64,000 bases of DNA from Bugula neritina (taxonomy: Eukaryota; Animalia; Bryozoa): the NCBI GenBank assembly GCA_964035545.1, contig OZ037765.1:31309504-31373503 (forward strand), given 5' to 3'. Below the pieces are notes generated by a model, which searched no databases, was not told where the DNA came from, and saw only the letters and a program-made list of their open reading frames with translations. Shown here one piece after another: positions 26,501 to 38,690 of this stretch. Position numbers and translations under genes: made by a program. How positions within the stretch are numbered: the first letter of the stretch is position 1; each line of letters starts with the position of its first letter.

Positions 26501-29500
26501 TGTTTGAGGCTGTTGGGAAGGACATCGTATATAACTTGTAAAACCTAAGAAACAGAGTGACATGGCGTGACAGGTGCTATCTTTACCCAATAATACATTT
26601 GAATGACACGAATGAACCTGTGAGTGTAGTACAGCATTTAGTAAAATAAGATGCCCTAAAAGAGGATATTGGAATTCAAACTGAAACTATGCATTCACTT
26701 TTAGAATTGTTTTAAAAAACTGTCAACAAAATAAAAGTAACATAATGGAATAAAGATGGAATAAGAAAAACAAATAACTACTAAAAACGTTATTTTCTGG
26801 TAGAATTTAGAAACTGACATATCCACGACTATAATACAGCACCAAAACCATTGGTAATAATGAGATTCTTATGGTGAACAATATAAAACCCTTCAGGTCT
26901 ACATATTGTACTGTGGATGTACAGACCTGTAGAGAATTGATAAGCAGTTGGGGAGTAGATTGAGCTTCTGGTTGCAGTAAGGGTTTGAGGAAGTACTCAG
27001 TGCATGTAGGTATGACGTGAAGTAGATTATCGGCGAGTGTGTAGACTATGTGCCAAAGAGCATTGCGAGCCCCTTCATACTGTATACTCTCTGCACAATG
27101 GTTCGAAGGTGCAGAATTCACAGGCTATGGATAAGAAAAACATGTTTATAAATATTGGCAGTATAAACATTAGAATAATTGTTGTGGAAATACAAAAAAA
27201 ATATTGAATAAAAATTGAAATTTATAACCGCGCTGCTAATTTGACCCGCATCAAGATTCATTAGAGCTTCACTCCGATAATCTAAACTGATAATTTAACT
27301 TGTAAAGAAAAGAAAGAACACTCACTAGTTTTAAAAACATTTATTCATAGAAAAAAAGTCATCATACATTAATATAGAATTGCTCACCATTGAATCTGAC
27401 ATGACCTCGGCTGTAGTAGTTGTTTTCTTAGGCTTAGGGCCTCGTTTAGCACCAATTTTACTGTCAGAGAGCTGAAATAAAATGTCAAATTATTAGTAGA
27501 TTTTCCTGATCAGTAACCACTTCATGTAATGAGTTCAAATTCTAGGTTTACAGTCGCCATCCCTGTGAGAATCCCTGATAGAAAGGTTTTTTTGTTAAAC
27601 CAGGCTAAGAAATTCTTCTTATGCGGCAGAGGAGTAATTATTACCGGATGCCTTCCCTAATATCACCAATGACCTTTACTGGGGTTCAAACCACTGACCT
27701 TGTGTTTACTAAGCCAACGCTCTAACCCCTAGACCACGGCTGCAAGTAATGGTCACTGATTGTACACATATGCATATCTCACCTTGAGCTCATTGAAAAG
27801 AGTAAGAATTCCGATCTGGGAGTCACACGTCAGGTTTGAGGAGTCGTCCACTACAAGAGCAGAGTACACAGAATAGTTCAGTACTACGTGCAACAAGAAA
27901 CTGCTGTGGTATTACCATAAGACCTAACAGATCAGTAAAACTGTGTGAGCTTGGCAATAGACAATTCAAGTAGCTGCACTCTGAGGAAAACCCCCCCAAA
28001 TTAGAGTCATATTAATGCAAGTGCAGACACTGTACAACATATAAATAAAAATATATGAAAATTACCTGCTGCTAGAATAACTAGAATACCAAATAGTACT
28101 AATACCAGAGTACTGATACTAGATACTAATACTAAAGTACTGATACTAGAGTACCAACACTAAAGTACTAACACTAGAGTACTGATACTAGATACTAATA
28201 CTACATTGTAGAGTACTGACACTAGAGTACTAACACTAGAGTACCATCACTAGAGTACTGATACTAGAGCACTGATACTAGAGCACTGATACTAGAGTAC
28301 TGATACTAGAGTACTGATACTAGAGTACTGATACTAGAGTACTGATACTAGAGTACTGATACTAGAGTACTAAGTACTGATACTCAGCAAGTCATACTTG
28401 ATAAGGACAGACCATCAGCCAGAGGGGTCTGCTTGGTGAAGGCACAGAGAGCTGAAGAGAGATTCCTGAAGACTTTGTCATTTGGAGGGACGTCTCTTGC
28501 TGTGCACAGAGTCAACACGGTACACAGTTTAGTGCTTGCCATGTTCTAGAAGTATACCACACAACCATATCATCACCATACTGAGGTGTGTTTATTCTCA
28601 ACTTACCAAGCACATGTATTTCATAATATAAATAAACTTAGGGAAGAATTTTGTGCTAACCATACCCACTGACATGTGAACAAAAGGTGCACCAACTTTA
28701 TAAGTCATGTCATATGTGATCTAAAACTATGTATACTCTATTTAATCTAAAAATGAATAATCTACAACTACATGATCCAGAATCTACAAATGTATAACAT
28801 GCAATCTACAAATGTATAATATATGCAGCCATAACATGTTATATTGGGAGGAAAACTGCTGAGTAGTTACCTGGAAGAAAGGGTACACTTCCTTTTTGAT
28901 AACTTCCATAAATGGACGGATAACAGGAGTGAGCTTTGGAGGAAGACATTGTAAGGAAGTGAGAGCACTGGCCAGGCAAAGTTGCACTCTTAAATATATA
29001 CAAACATAATATAATATATAATATAGAAGATAATAATATATATAATATAACATACAAGTATAATATAACATACAAATATAATATATAATATACAAGAATA
29101 ATATATAATATAATATAAAATATAATATATAACATACAAATATAATATATAATATAATATACAAATATAATATACAACATACAAATATATTATGTAATAT
29201 AATATACAAATATGATCCCTGGAAGGCTGAAAGGCAAGCCGTGAGTGACAGAGTTGCTTCTCATAGTGATTTTAAACAGATGGAGTAACAGCTAAATGAG
29301 TGAGAAAAACTGCAGAGAAAAATCAGCCAACCTCATGTTAAGCGAGGAGTAATCCTCCCTCAGCTGGTTCACTGTCAGTAACAGACTGCTGGCGTGTTCA
29401 CTGAACCTTGTCTGAGCCGTCTTCTTCAACTTAGACTTTATACTTTCAAACTGTGTAGTGGCCAACTGCTGTGCCGATTCAATTGTAAACACAGACCTGT

Positions 29501-32500
29501 CACATAGACCAATGGCGTGTAAGCTTGCAGGTAGATATATGCGTATGTACTTCAACATAAGTTCCTTACTCAGTGTGACTGTGTAGTGCGTAGACATTTA
29601 CATATCACTAAAAGCAGTTTTTGTACTTCACACATTTCCAAGTGAAATTGAAAGCTTTACAAGTGAACAAAAAAACTTGGTTTGTTATTGAATTGTGTGT
29701 AACAGTTACTGGAAATTTTTAAGTCAAAACCTTTTTTATGGCCAGCTTGTTAAACTAAACCAGACTAGAAATAGCTCTACCCTATATTGTTACAAGAATA
29801 GTTTAGTTATGATGAGAAAAATCTATTAAAAGTCCTTAAACTAAACCATTACATCGAGAAACGAACGAGGAAGCTGTGGTCTAATGGTTGGAGAGCTGGT
29901 CTAGTATGCCAGGTAATGGGTTTGAACCCCAGTAGGGCCATTGGTGGTGTCAGAAAGGACAACAGGCCTTGGCCTGTTCTTTCAGTACAAAGTTGAGAGC
30001 TGACAGAACAAGTTTTGGCGAGGAAAGCTTACGTTGGAGGATACAGATGCTCGAGGGAGACGTTCTGCTGCTTGAGACTGGCCAGGAAGTTCTTACACTC
30101 CGTCTGCAGACTGGTGAACAGAGAGGCGAGTTCATCAAAGTACAGCTTCTCTGAGGCCGATTGTAAAACTAAGTTCTTCAGGTTTTCCAACACTAAATTC
30201 TGAGAGTTGTCCTATCGTAGATTACACATAAAGGATAAATCCATAAGCCAATACGAAAGACTTAGAATACAATGTAATAGGTTACAAAGCATTGTATGAA
30301 AATAACTTACTATATTTTTACTTATTTTTTATAAATTTTTTTTTGAAAAGTGATTGTATTTATATTGAAACATAATATTTAAAAACAATTGTAAACCAAA
30401 TCTTCTGAATCAACAGCTGTTTTAACAAATACCTTGAAGTCTTTACACTTACCCTCGCCAGCTGTATCCAATGAGATACAACAAGGGCTGCACAAAGTCT
30501 TTGGGTGCCATTCTTAGCAACAATGTGAAACTCTAGTAGAGTGGTAATGTTGGATAATATTGAGCTGAAGTTGGGGTGGTGGAAAGGCAGGCGTGCTAAT
30601 AGGCAGCCCAGACACCTGAAGACAAACAGCAAATACATCATGAGAACTGCGCGACAGATGGAAAAAATTGCCTTTCCATGCACTGAAGCAGCTGCAGAGT
30701 CTTGTGGCTTTATTACATAGAAAGAGGTCCCGGAGAACTACCCCCAGATGGGATTGCGAAAAGTTGTCTGTAAGCCGCACCCACTCACCTGGTACATATA
30801 AGTCTAGTGTACATAACGTCTGTAAGTCACACCCACTCACCTGGTACATATAAGTCTAGTGTACATAACCTTCTCACATCTCACTTCAGGTTTGTCCTGT
30901 ATTGGACCAGAGATGTGCATCAGTTCTGACTCCATGGAGTTTCCAAACTTACTCTCATTCTGCAAGTAGAGGCATCCTTACATGTGTAAGTATAATTGTA
31001 CGTGTACATTGTACGTGTACATTGTACACGTACATTGTACATAGATATTATATATCATAGCGACTAGTTAATTTCAGACTAGCAATTTGGTGCACCAATT
31101 ACATACATTAAATACCAGTAAGATAGCAACACAATATATACACGAGAGTAGCTACAGCAATGACACTGTCTTTTCCTGTATGTATAATGTAAAAATACCA
31201 TTATATACTATGATATAAAATCTGCCAAAGTAATTCAAAGTCCGCAACTTGTCCGGCAGTGTATAAAGTTAAAATATTATATTATGTAAATAGCACTAAG
31301 AATAATTAAAACTAAAAGTATGTTAGTATATCTTGTTGTCATAGTAACGAGTACAGGAAATACCTGGTGTTTGTGATGTACGGCAGTGAGGATATAGTTC
31401 CTGTCTATAGGTACATACGGCGACTGCATAGGTAAGCCGAGCCAGGTATTGAACCATGGGATAGCGTAGTGACTGAGAACATCAGCAGATGAGTGTGTTA
31501 CAATGGACACCCACACCTAGAAACAGTTGGTAATATAATAAACAGCTGGGTAACTATAGCTTGCTATGCACATATAAGTTAAATAGCAGGGAGATGATAT
31601 ATGATGTAATTAAACAGATTTATTTGTGAATTAGCAACAAGAACTGTTCGAGCTGGAGCAAACTCTAAAAACTTTGCCGTAAATAAATGTTTCTATAAAA
31701 CTGATGATCAATGGCACTAGTAATAGTAGTAGACTGTACTACTATTACTAGTAGTACAGTCTACTACTAATACTAGTAGTACAGTCTACTACTAGTGAAT
31801 GCATCTTTTATCAAGGTAAGCAATAACGCACCAGAAAACAACGCCCATCCTCTAGATCATAGATCTATGTAATCAAATGTAACTACTATATTAGTTTACA
31901 AACTGTGTATGCAGTGTGCTAAGTTTACACACCTAACAGAAATACTAACCGACTCAGCCAACTCTGCAATGCTGCCGATACGCTCCGTCAGGCAGCACTG
32001 GTAGAGATGACGCAGACATGGAATCAGTATTGGCGTGAGCCAGTTCAAATCCACACACTACAATGTACACATCATGAATACTCATAAGTAACAAGTGTGA
32101 GATGCCTTCAACATAACAACAAGGTGAGTGTAAGGATGAATAACTGGCATCACAACTATGTTGGCTTGAAAAGCCTATCAGGAGTTGTCACGCCTATTTA
32201 TATAGTAAACACTTATTATTAATACATGATGTAACACGTGTACAGTAAGTGCCAAGTGTTAATGTATCTGTAGCATATACACTTCAGAGAGCTGTTTATG
32301 TAGTAGCAAGACCCACCTCTGTGAACACAGTCTTGAGCATGTTGAGGGACGCCTTCCTTACGTTGTTGATGCTGTGATAGAGAAACGGCCAGACTCTAGG
32401 TATGAGTTGTACTAAAACAGCGCCCCTGTGAAATGACAGCACATATAACTACAGCAATTATATTACTCGGTACTGGCCAGTAATATAATAGTATAACATA

Positions 32501-35500
32501 AGAAAAATATAAACAAAATTTATAAACAAAAATTAGGCTAGAAGCTTCATGTTTGCAGTTAAAATATCATATCCTTGGCATTAGTTGAAATTTTAGTGGA
32601 CATATTTGATTAATTTAAAAACCTTTGAAAAGTTTAAATATAAAATATTTCAGCAACATAAGCTCCTATTTCAACCTCTATCTACATAATGTTTAAATTT
32701 ATGAAACTATTTACAGTGAACATTCATCATGATATACCATAATGATAGTGACAGAGTGTTTGCATTCATGATGACTCAGCCCAAGAACTTGTACTTACTG
32801 TAAATATATGGCGAGTTATTTGAAGAGGTTTATAGTGACTCACTATGAGTATTTACAGTGACTTACTATTTGTATCTACAGTGACTTACTATCAGTATCT
32901 ACAGTTACTTACTATGAGTATCTACATTCTACAGTGACTCACTATGAGTATCTACAGCAACTTACTATGAGAATTTACAGTAACTCACTATGAGTATCTA
33001 CAGTGACTTACTGTAAGCTATGAAGACGATCAACTGTGAGAAGGGCCGAGAGGAAGGACATAATACTGTGCGTAGAGGAAGTGAGGTCATCAAGGTCAAG
33101 CAGTGCATCCCAGAGACTCTGCATCAGTGTACCCAGCTACAGGACAGGGAATAAACTGATAACATACATGTATACACTAGAGTTGTCTTCTCATAATGTA
33201 TTACAAGTAGAAGATGACAATCCTTGTATTGACAGCTACGATGTTGTAATAAAATCACTCGCTATTCTACTGAAATCTCAGAAATTAATTAGAAAGAATA
33301 AAATTGATAAAATAAAAAAGAATTTAAATAAATAAAAAATATTCCATATAAAGTTAAAGAAGAGATACATTGACTGTTGTATAGTTTATGCATATACAGG
33401 TAAGAAGTTGCTGAGCTTCTCTTGGTAATAAATAAGAGCCACCAGCACTAGACATGAAGGGAGCACCTGCTGAGGAATGACAAGAGGAAGTTTGTCAACG
33501 ACAGACAGCAGACAAGTGGCTGTTACAGATCTCACGTCATCAACATTGTCATTAATGGAGCTTAGAAGGGACTGCCAGATACCTCCAAACTGAGTCACCA
33601 AGTCCTGAATACAATAACATACCGAGACTATACTGTATACAGAGTGTAGATAATGTATATATGAAATGTAGCCAGAATTTTGATAAAATATACATTAAAT
33701 ATAAAGAAAAATATATAATATAAAAATACAGACAAAATGCTGATGAACTCATTTCCTGAATGAACTAATCAAGTTTTACTTATCTAACCTAAAATCAACA
33801 TTTTTTAATAATTACTCACAATTTTGCATTGTTTCATGTGTTGCATGTAAACCCAACAAAAAAGCAGCAAAAACCGACACAAACTGCAATTCCATTCTGA
33901 GAGTGACAAATTGTAAATAAAATACACAAACCTGTTTGACAGCAATAACGTATTTAAGACCGAGAATCACACCATATCTGACCTCCCAAGTCGGGTGGGC
34001 AATAACCTCCCCCAACTTGTTCACAGCTGCCAGTACACTAGAGTCTGGGAGGTAGTTACAGAGAGTTCCCAGAGCTTGAGCACAGGTTTCTCGCACTGGA
34101 GCCACCACCTGCACAATGCAACACTTGAAGATTGGATATCAGAATAACTCATAACAAGAAAACAAGAATTGGAGCTAAAAACTCACAATATAGACGTGAA
34201 GTCATAGCATTAAGACTGGGTGTGCAAAGTCATTCTTATGAGTATGACAGTCAATAAACGCATTCTTCACATGAATGGTTATTCTAATAATAGTTGTGCA
34301 AAAGGAGTGATGGTTTAGAAATGTTGCACTCAGAGATATGATAACATCAGTGCTAGAGTTATTCAGTATGAATTGAATTCCTTAAAATAGACCATCAGTG
34401 TATAAGCTGTAGTAGCATGAGCTTCTAGAATATGTTTCAGTGACTGTATACACTGTAGTTACTGTGTACACTGTAGTGACTGTATACACTGTAGTGACTG
34501 TATACACTGTAGTTACTGTATACACTGTAGTTACTGTGTACACTGTAGTTACTGTATACACTGTAGTTACTGTATACACTGTAGTTACTGTATACACTAT
34601 AGTTACTGTGTACACTGTAGTTACTGTATACACTGTAGTTACTGTGTACACTGTAGTTACTGTATACACTGTAGTGACTGTATACACTGTAGTGACTGTA
34701 TACAGTGTGTAGTTACTGTATACACTATAGTTACTGTGTACACTGTAGTGACTGTATACAGTGTGTAGTTACTGTATACACTGTAGTTACTGTGTACACT
34801 GTAGTTACTGTGTACTCTGTAGTTACTGTATACACTGTAGTTACTGTATACACTATAGTTACTGTGCACACTGTAGTTACTGTGCACACTACACTGTGTT
34901 CCACTCACCTCATCAGAGATGTAGTCACCAAACCTGTCAAGCACTAACACACACATCAGTCTTATAGACATGTTCTCCAGCCATCTTTGGTTATTCTTCA
35001 CAGTCTAAAGACACACACTGTACACATTGGCAAGTATACAGCATATACACACTTATACACAGAGCAGTAGATAAACGCACGCACATTAGCCAATGTATAG
35101 CTTATATAAACATACATTGTTAGAAGTTGTGGCCCCTGCAAAACCTCCACAATGCTTGATGACTTCACGCAGAAGGGTGGCAGCACCATGACGAGTCTCC
35201 CAACAGCTGCTGAACAAGTCATTGCATAAAATCTCACAGAACTCGAGAAATGGCCATTCGTACTCCTCTGAATCCTGCATAGACAGTAGTATTAGTAGAT
35301 TTGTAGTACTACATACAGAGTAGTACTACATACAGAGTGGTACTATATACAGAGTGGTACTATACACAGAGTAGTACTATATACAGAGTAATACTATACA
35401 CAGAGTAGTACTACATACAGAGTAGTACTACATACAGAGTGGTACTATACACAGAGTAGTACTATATACAGAGTAGTACTATATACAGAGTGGTACTATA

Positions 35501-38500
35501 TACAGAGTGGTACTATATACAGAGTGATACTATATACAAAGTAGTACTATATACAGAGTAGTACTATACACAGAGTGGTACTATATACACAGTAACTAGT
35601 ACTATATACCGAGTGGTACTATATACAAAGTAGTACTATATACACAGTAACTAGTACTATATACACAGCAACTAGTACTATATACCGAGTGGTACTATAT
35701 ACAAAGTAGTACTATATACACAGTAACTAGTACTATATACACAGCAACTAGTACTATATACCGAGTGGTACTATATACAAAGTAGTACTATATACACAGT
35801 AACTAGTACTACATACAGAGTAGTACTATACACAGAGTAGTACTATATACACAGTAACTAGTACTACACACACACTATCAAAGCACCTACCACAGCACTG
35901 TCCTCCACTGTATCCAGCAGCAGTTTGTTAGGCTGACCCGGCTGAGCTACTGCCACACTCTTTGTTTTTATCTTCTTCTCACAAGAGCCGCCAGCCCCAG
36001 AACTAGAAACAGCAATGGGAAAGTTCAACACTACCATTTTTTACAAAAAGAAACTAGCAGGGTATTGAGAGAGAATCTATTACCTATTGGAGAGTTGTCT
36101 TTTCATCTCTAAACGAGCTTTCCTTCTAGCCACATTGATCTCTCGTATACTCATACCTTCTGTGTTCAACTGTTTCTCTATTATATCACCGATCTGTTGC
36201 TGTAAAGATATCAATTCATATTGAACATAAGACATAAAGCACATAAAAGTCTGCTAATTTCCATTTAGGGAACTTTACACAAAATAGGTGTAGGTGTGTT
36301 ACTCTCATTCAATGCGAAAAAATATTGAAACCGCACAGGTAAAGGATGATATGTTTGGCATTAGGGGTTTGTACTAAAATAAGTTAACTTGATGCAAGAA
36401 AATTGAATATGAAACAGAAAAACAACTGCAATTTAACTGTTATTGATATAAACTAGATTACAGAGACTAAAGAAATACCTGTGAGGAAGGTGAAGATTTC
36501 TTAGTACTTGGAACCATCTGCAAGTCGCTCTCGTCAAACAGTTCCATATCGGTCGGCGCGGCGGGTCCTTCCAGCCCCAACTTCCTGCTCAGCATGTTCT
36601 TCTGTCTCAGGATTTGCTCTTTGTCATCCAAATCTGTGCAGACACCCAGTAAACTGTATTACAATCAGTCAGTAAATTATACCATTAGTCAATACGATAC
36701 GCAAACATTACTTAAGTTATAAATAGTTTAAACTAGCAAGAACACGCTTCTTTTCGAAAAAGGAGGCAGAAATATATTATAAAATAGTTAAAATGTGCAT
36801 TCAAAACTTTTTAAAAAGAAAATCTGATTCAGAATGAACTGACAAAACAAACCTTGTATCAGCATAATATTGCACTTAGCGAAACTGGTTAAACAGTGAA
36901 TTTGTAAAAAAAACCTGCTGAAAAGATACCACTACATGAGTACAGAGGGACCCTTAGGGCGTTAACTCAGCCAGCAACATAGAGTAGCCCTTACTCACTT
37001 ACCACCAGTGTTGAGCTTCTAATCAGCTCACCATTCAGTCTCTCTTAGTATGAATTAATCTGGCGGTGCAGTAAATACTGGCGTATTTCATACTACTACG
37101 GGATGTTATGCACAAGATGATAAAAAATGTTTTTCTTAAAATGTCTGTTTTACTTTCAGAGACAGAGAGCACCTGCTAATACTAAGCTTACAGAGAGGGT
37201 ATGGGAGCACCTGCTAGCACCTGTTAGTACTAAACTTACTCACACAGGCAGCGTCAAACTGTTCCTCGTCAGCACTTAGCAGAGAGGCACAGTCTCTGAG
37301 GACAGCGCTGATGTCAAACTGGGAGAACAAGTCAGAGCAGCCACTTGAAGCTGACTCATCATCAAGCCTCGTCAGATCAGCTGCAACAACACATTGAGTT
37401 GCAAAGAGTAAGCTATAATACTCAAATTATCTTACAACCCGACAGTTTGTAGAAGTAGAACCAGGAGCAGCTATTTCATCATTATACTAAAGTTTCAACA
37501 AAGTCTTGCGTCATTAAATAAAGGTACAAAACTCTAAACTTTTCAATTGTTTATGCCGTTAACCTAGAGATGTCAATCAGGATACATAGTTACCAATGCA
37601 ATGTTATTGAATATCTAACTATTTAGCGGAGAATGATTTAACATATTGGACTGAAACCATCTTATAACTCTAGAACTTTGAAGAGTAAATTTACACCCTA
37701 AGCTGTGATTACATACACCAATCAGCTACATTAAACAGAGTAAGTAAAATAAATAACCTCTATTGATTAAATATAGTTACTTTCAACATAACAACTATTT
37801 AGTACATTTACTCCAACCTTAATTGCATTTGGCAGCATTGCATAGAAAATCAAATAACCTCAGCCATTCCTTTTGCTCTTTTAAAGAGAGCTAACTGCAT
37901 TAAATGCAGAATTTTGACGATGAATGGAGGACAACTTTACAAAAAAGTGGCAATAAACAGACAAAGAGCATGACATCAGAATCCCTATGTGTCATAACTT
38001 ACAAGAACAGTTCTTAGCAATGGCTTCAACAGCATTGCCGGCAGCAATTCTAGTATCCCAGTTCTTGCTCCTCATTAAATTCAAAATCTACAGAAATATT
38101 TTCAATATGTTATACAAGCATGTAATTGAAGACTTATATGTACTGTATATTATTATTTAGACATAGAGATACACAAATAATCCATCACAAATATAACTGA
38201 AACATGAACATTTTTACCCCTCAGTGACATACAAATATCCTTCAGTGTTTGTTTAAACATCATAATTACAAAAAAAAAAAATTAGTTAGAAAAAGTATGT
38301 TATAATATAAAAGTTTTACAAAGCCTTTAGTTAAATTCCAATAAATTAATTGGCTTTTTTCAATTCTGGGTTAAAACAACATATAATAGTTTTAGCTTGG
38401 CTATGAATTTGTCTATAGTTCTCTTAGTTTGCACTTTTTACTATCTAACCTTATTCAGCAAATAACGAATTTTGTGAGGATACAACTTGTGTATTTCTCC

Positions 38501-38690
38501 AAGTTGAACGGCAGCAGACTTTCGAATCACAGCAGTAGATCCTGTATCGAGCAGCGTAAACAGTCTGTCTAACCTGCAGAGACCATAACATACTCATATA
38601 GTCAGCAGACACAAATAGTATGTTTATAAATAAATAGTATATTTCATAACTTGTAACCAAATTGTATTAGCTCTCTCACCTTGTCTCCAT
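20529..38690 (-). CDS. BTAF1: TATA-binding protein-associated factor 172 / Mot1 (SNF2 ATPase with HEAT repeats), ~40 exons
   Basis: [115 protein letters not shown] and C-terminal [16 protein letters not shown] at 38690; the 5' UTR probably extends to ~41550. Confidence 0.96.
22362..22694. repeat. 18-bp minisatellite (AATAAATATACAGAAGGG) x~18 in a BTAF1 intron
   Basis: Direct tandem array visible in the sequence. Confidence 0.95.
22896..23043. repeat. (AGT/AGC)n trinucleotide microsatellite
   Basis: Visible simple repeat in a BTAF1 intron. Confidence 0.9.
24880..25051 (-). mobile_element. tRNA-derived SINE-like element, copy 2
   Basis: Matches copy 3 (CCCTGCGAGAAATCC...GGATGCCCTTCCC...CCAATGACCTTTAC...AAGCCAGTGCTCTAAC). 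Confidence 0.65.
26125..26294 (-). other. U12-type (minor spliceosome) GT-AG intron in BTAF1
   Basis: 5' splice site GTATCCTTT; branch-like TTCCTTATC (26147-26139) close to the AG. Splicing restores the frame ..ETVY|[18 protein letters not shown]. Confidence 0.85.
27540..27742 (-). mobile_element. tRNA-derived SINE-like element, copy 3 (most intact)
   Basis: The minus strand reads AGCCGTGGTCTAGGGGTTAGAGCG...GGTTTGAACCCC, an A box and B box at tRNA-like spacing, followed by a ~130-nt body shared with the other copies. Confidence 0.7.
28080..28385. repeat. 14-bp minisatellite (GATACTAGAGTACT), degenerate at the left end
   Basis: Direct tandem array filling most of a BTAF1 intron. Confidence 0.9.
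29000..29212. repeat. AT-rich low-complexity tract (ATATA/ATAAT); a similar tract lies at ~1200-1345
   Basis: Visible simple sequence. Confidence 0.85.
29872..29970 (+). mobile_element. tRNA-derived SINE-like element, copy 4 (5' fragment)
   Basis: AGCTGTGGTCTAATGG...GGGTTTGAACCCCAGTAGGGCCATTGGTGGTGTCAG aligns with the head of copy 3. Confidence 0.6.
30766..30869. repeat. 52-bp tandem duplication spanning a BTAF1 exon end and 5' splice site
   Basis: Two near-identical units, 30766-30817 and 30818-30869. Confidence 0.92.
32833..33014. repeat. 23-bp minisatellite (TACAGTGACTTACTATGAGTATC) x~8
   Basis: Direct tandem array visible in the sequence. Confidence 0.9.
34439..34891. repeat. 18-bp minisatellite (GTTACTGTATACACTGTA) x~25
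   Basis: Direct tandem array visible in the sequence. Confidence 0.95.
35303..35870. repeat. 17-bp minisatellite (TAGTACTATATACAGAG) with 21-bp variants and higher-order structure
   Basis: Direct tandem array filling nearly a whole BTAF1 intron. Confidence 0.95.

Noticed and set aside
27670-27742. Possible tRNA gene
   Set aside because: A and B boxes are present, but there is no convincing cloverleaf and it continues into a repeat body shared by other copies, so it is a SINE head.
34382-35001. VTTVYT / TVVTVY repeat ORFs; superficially CRISPR-like array
   Set aside because: This is a pure tandem repeat with no unique spacers and no cas genes, in a eukaryotic intron.
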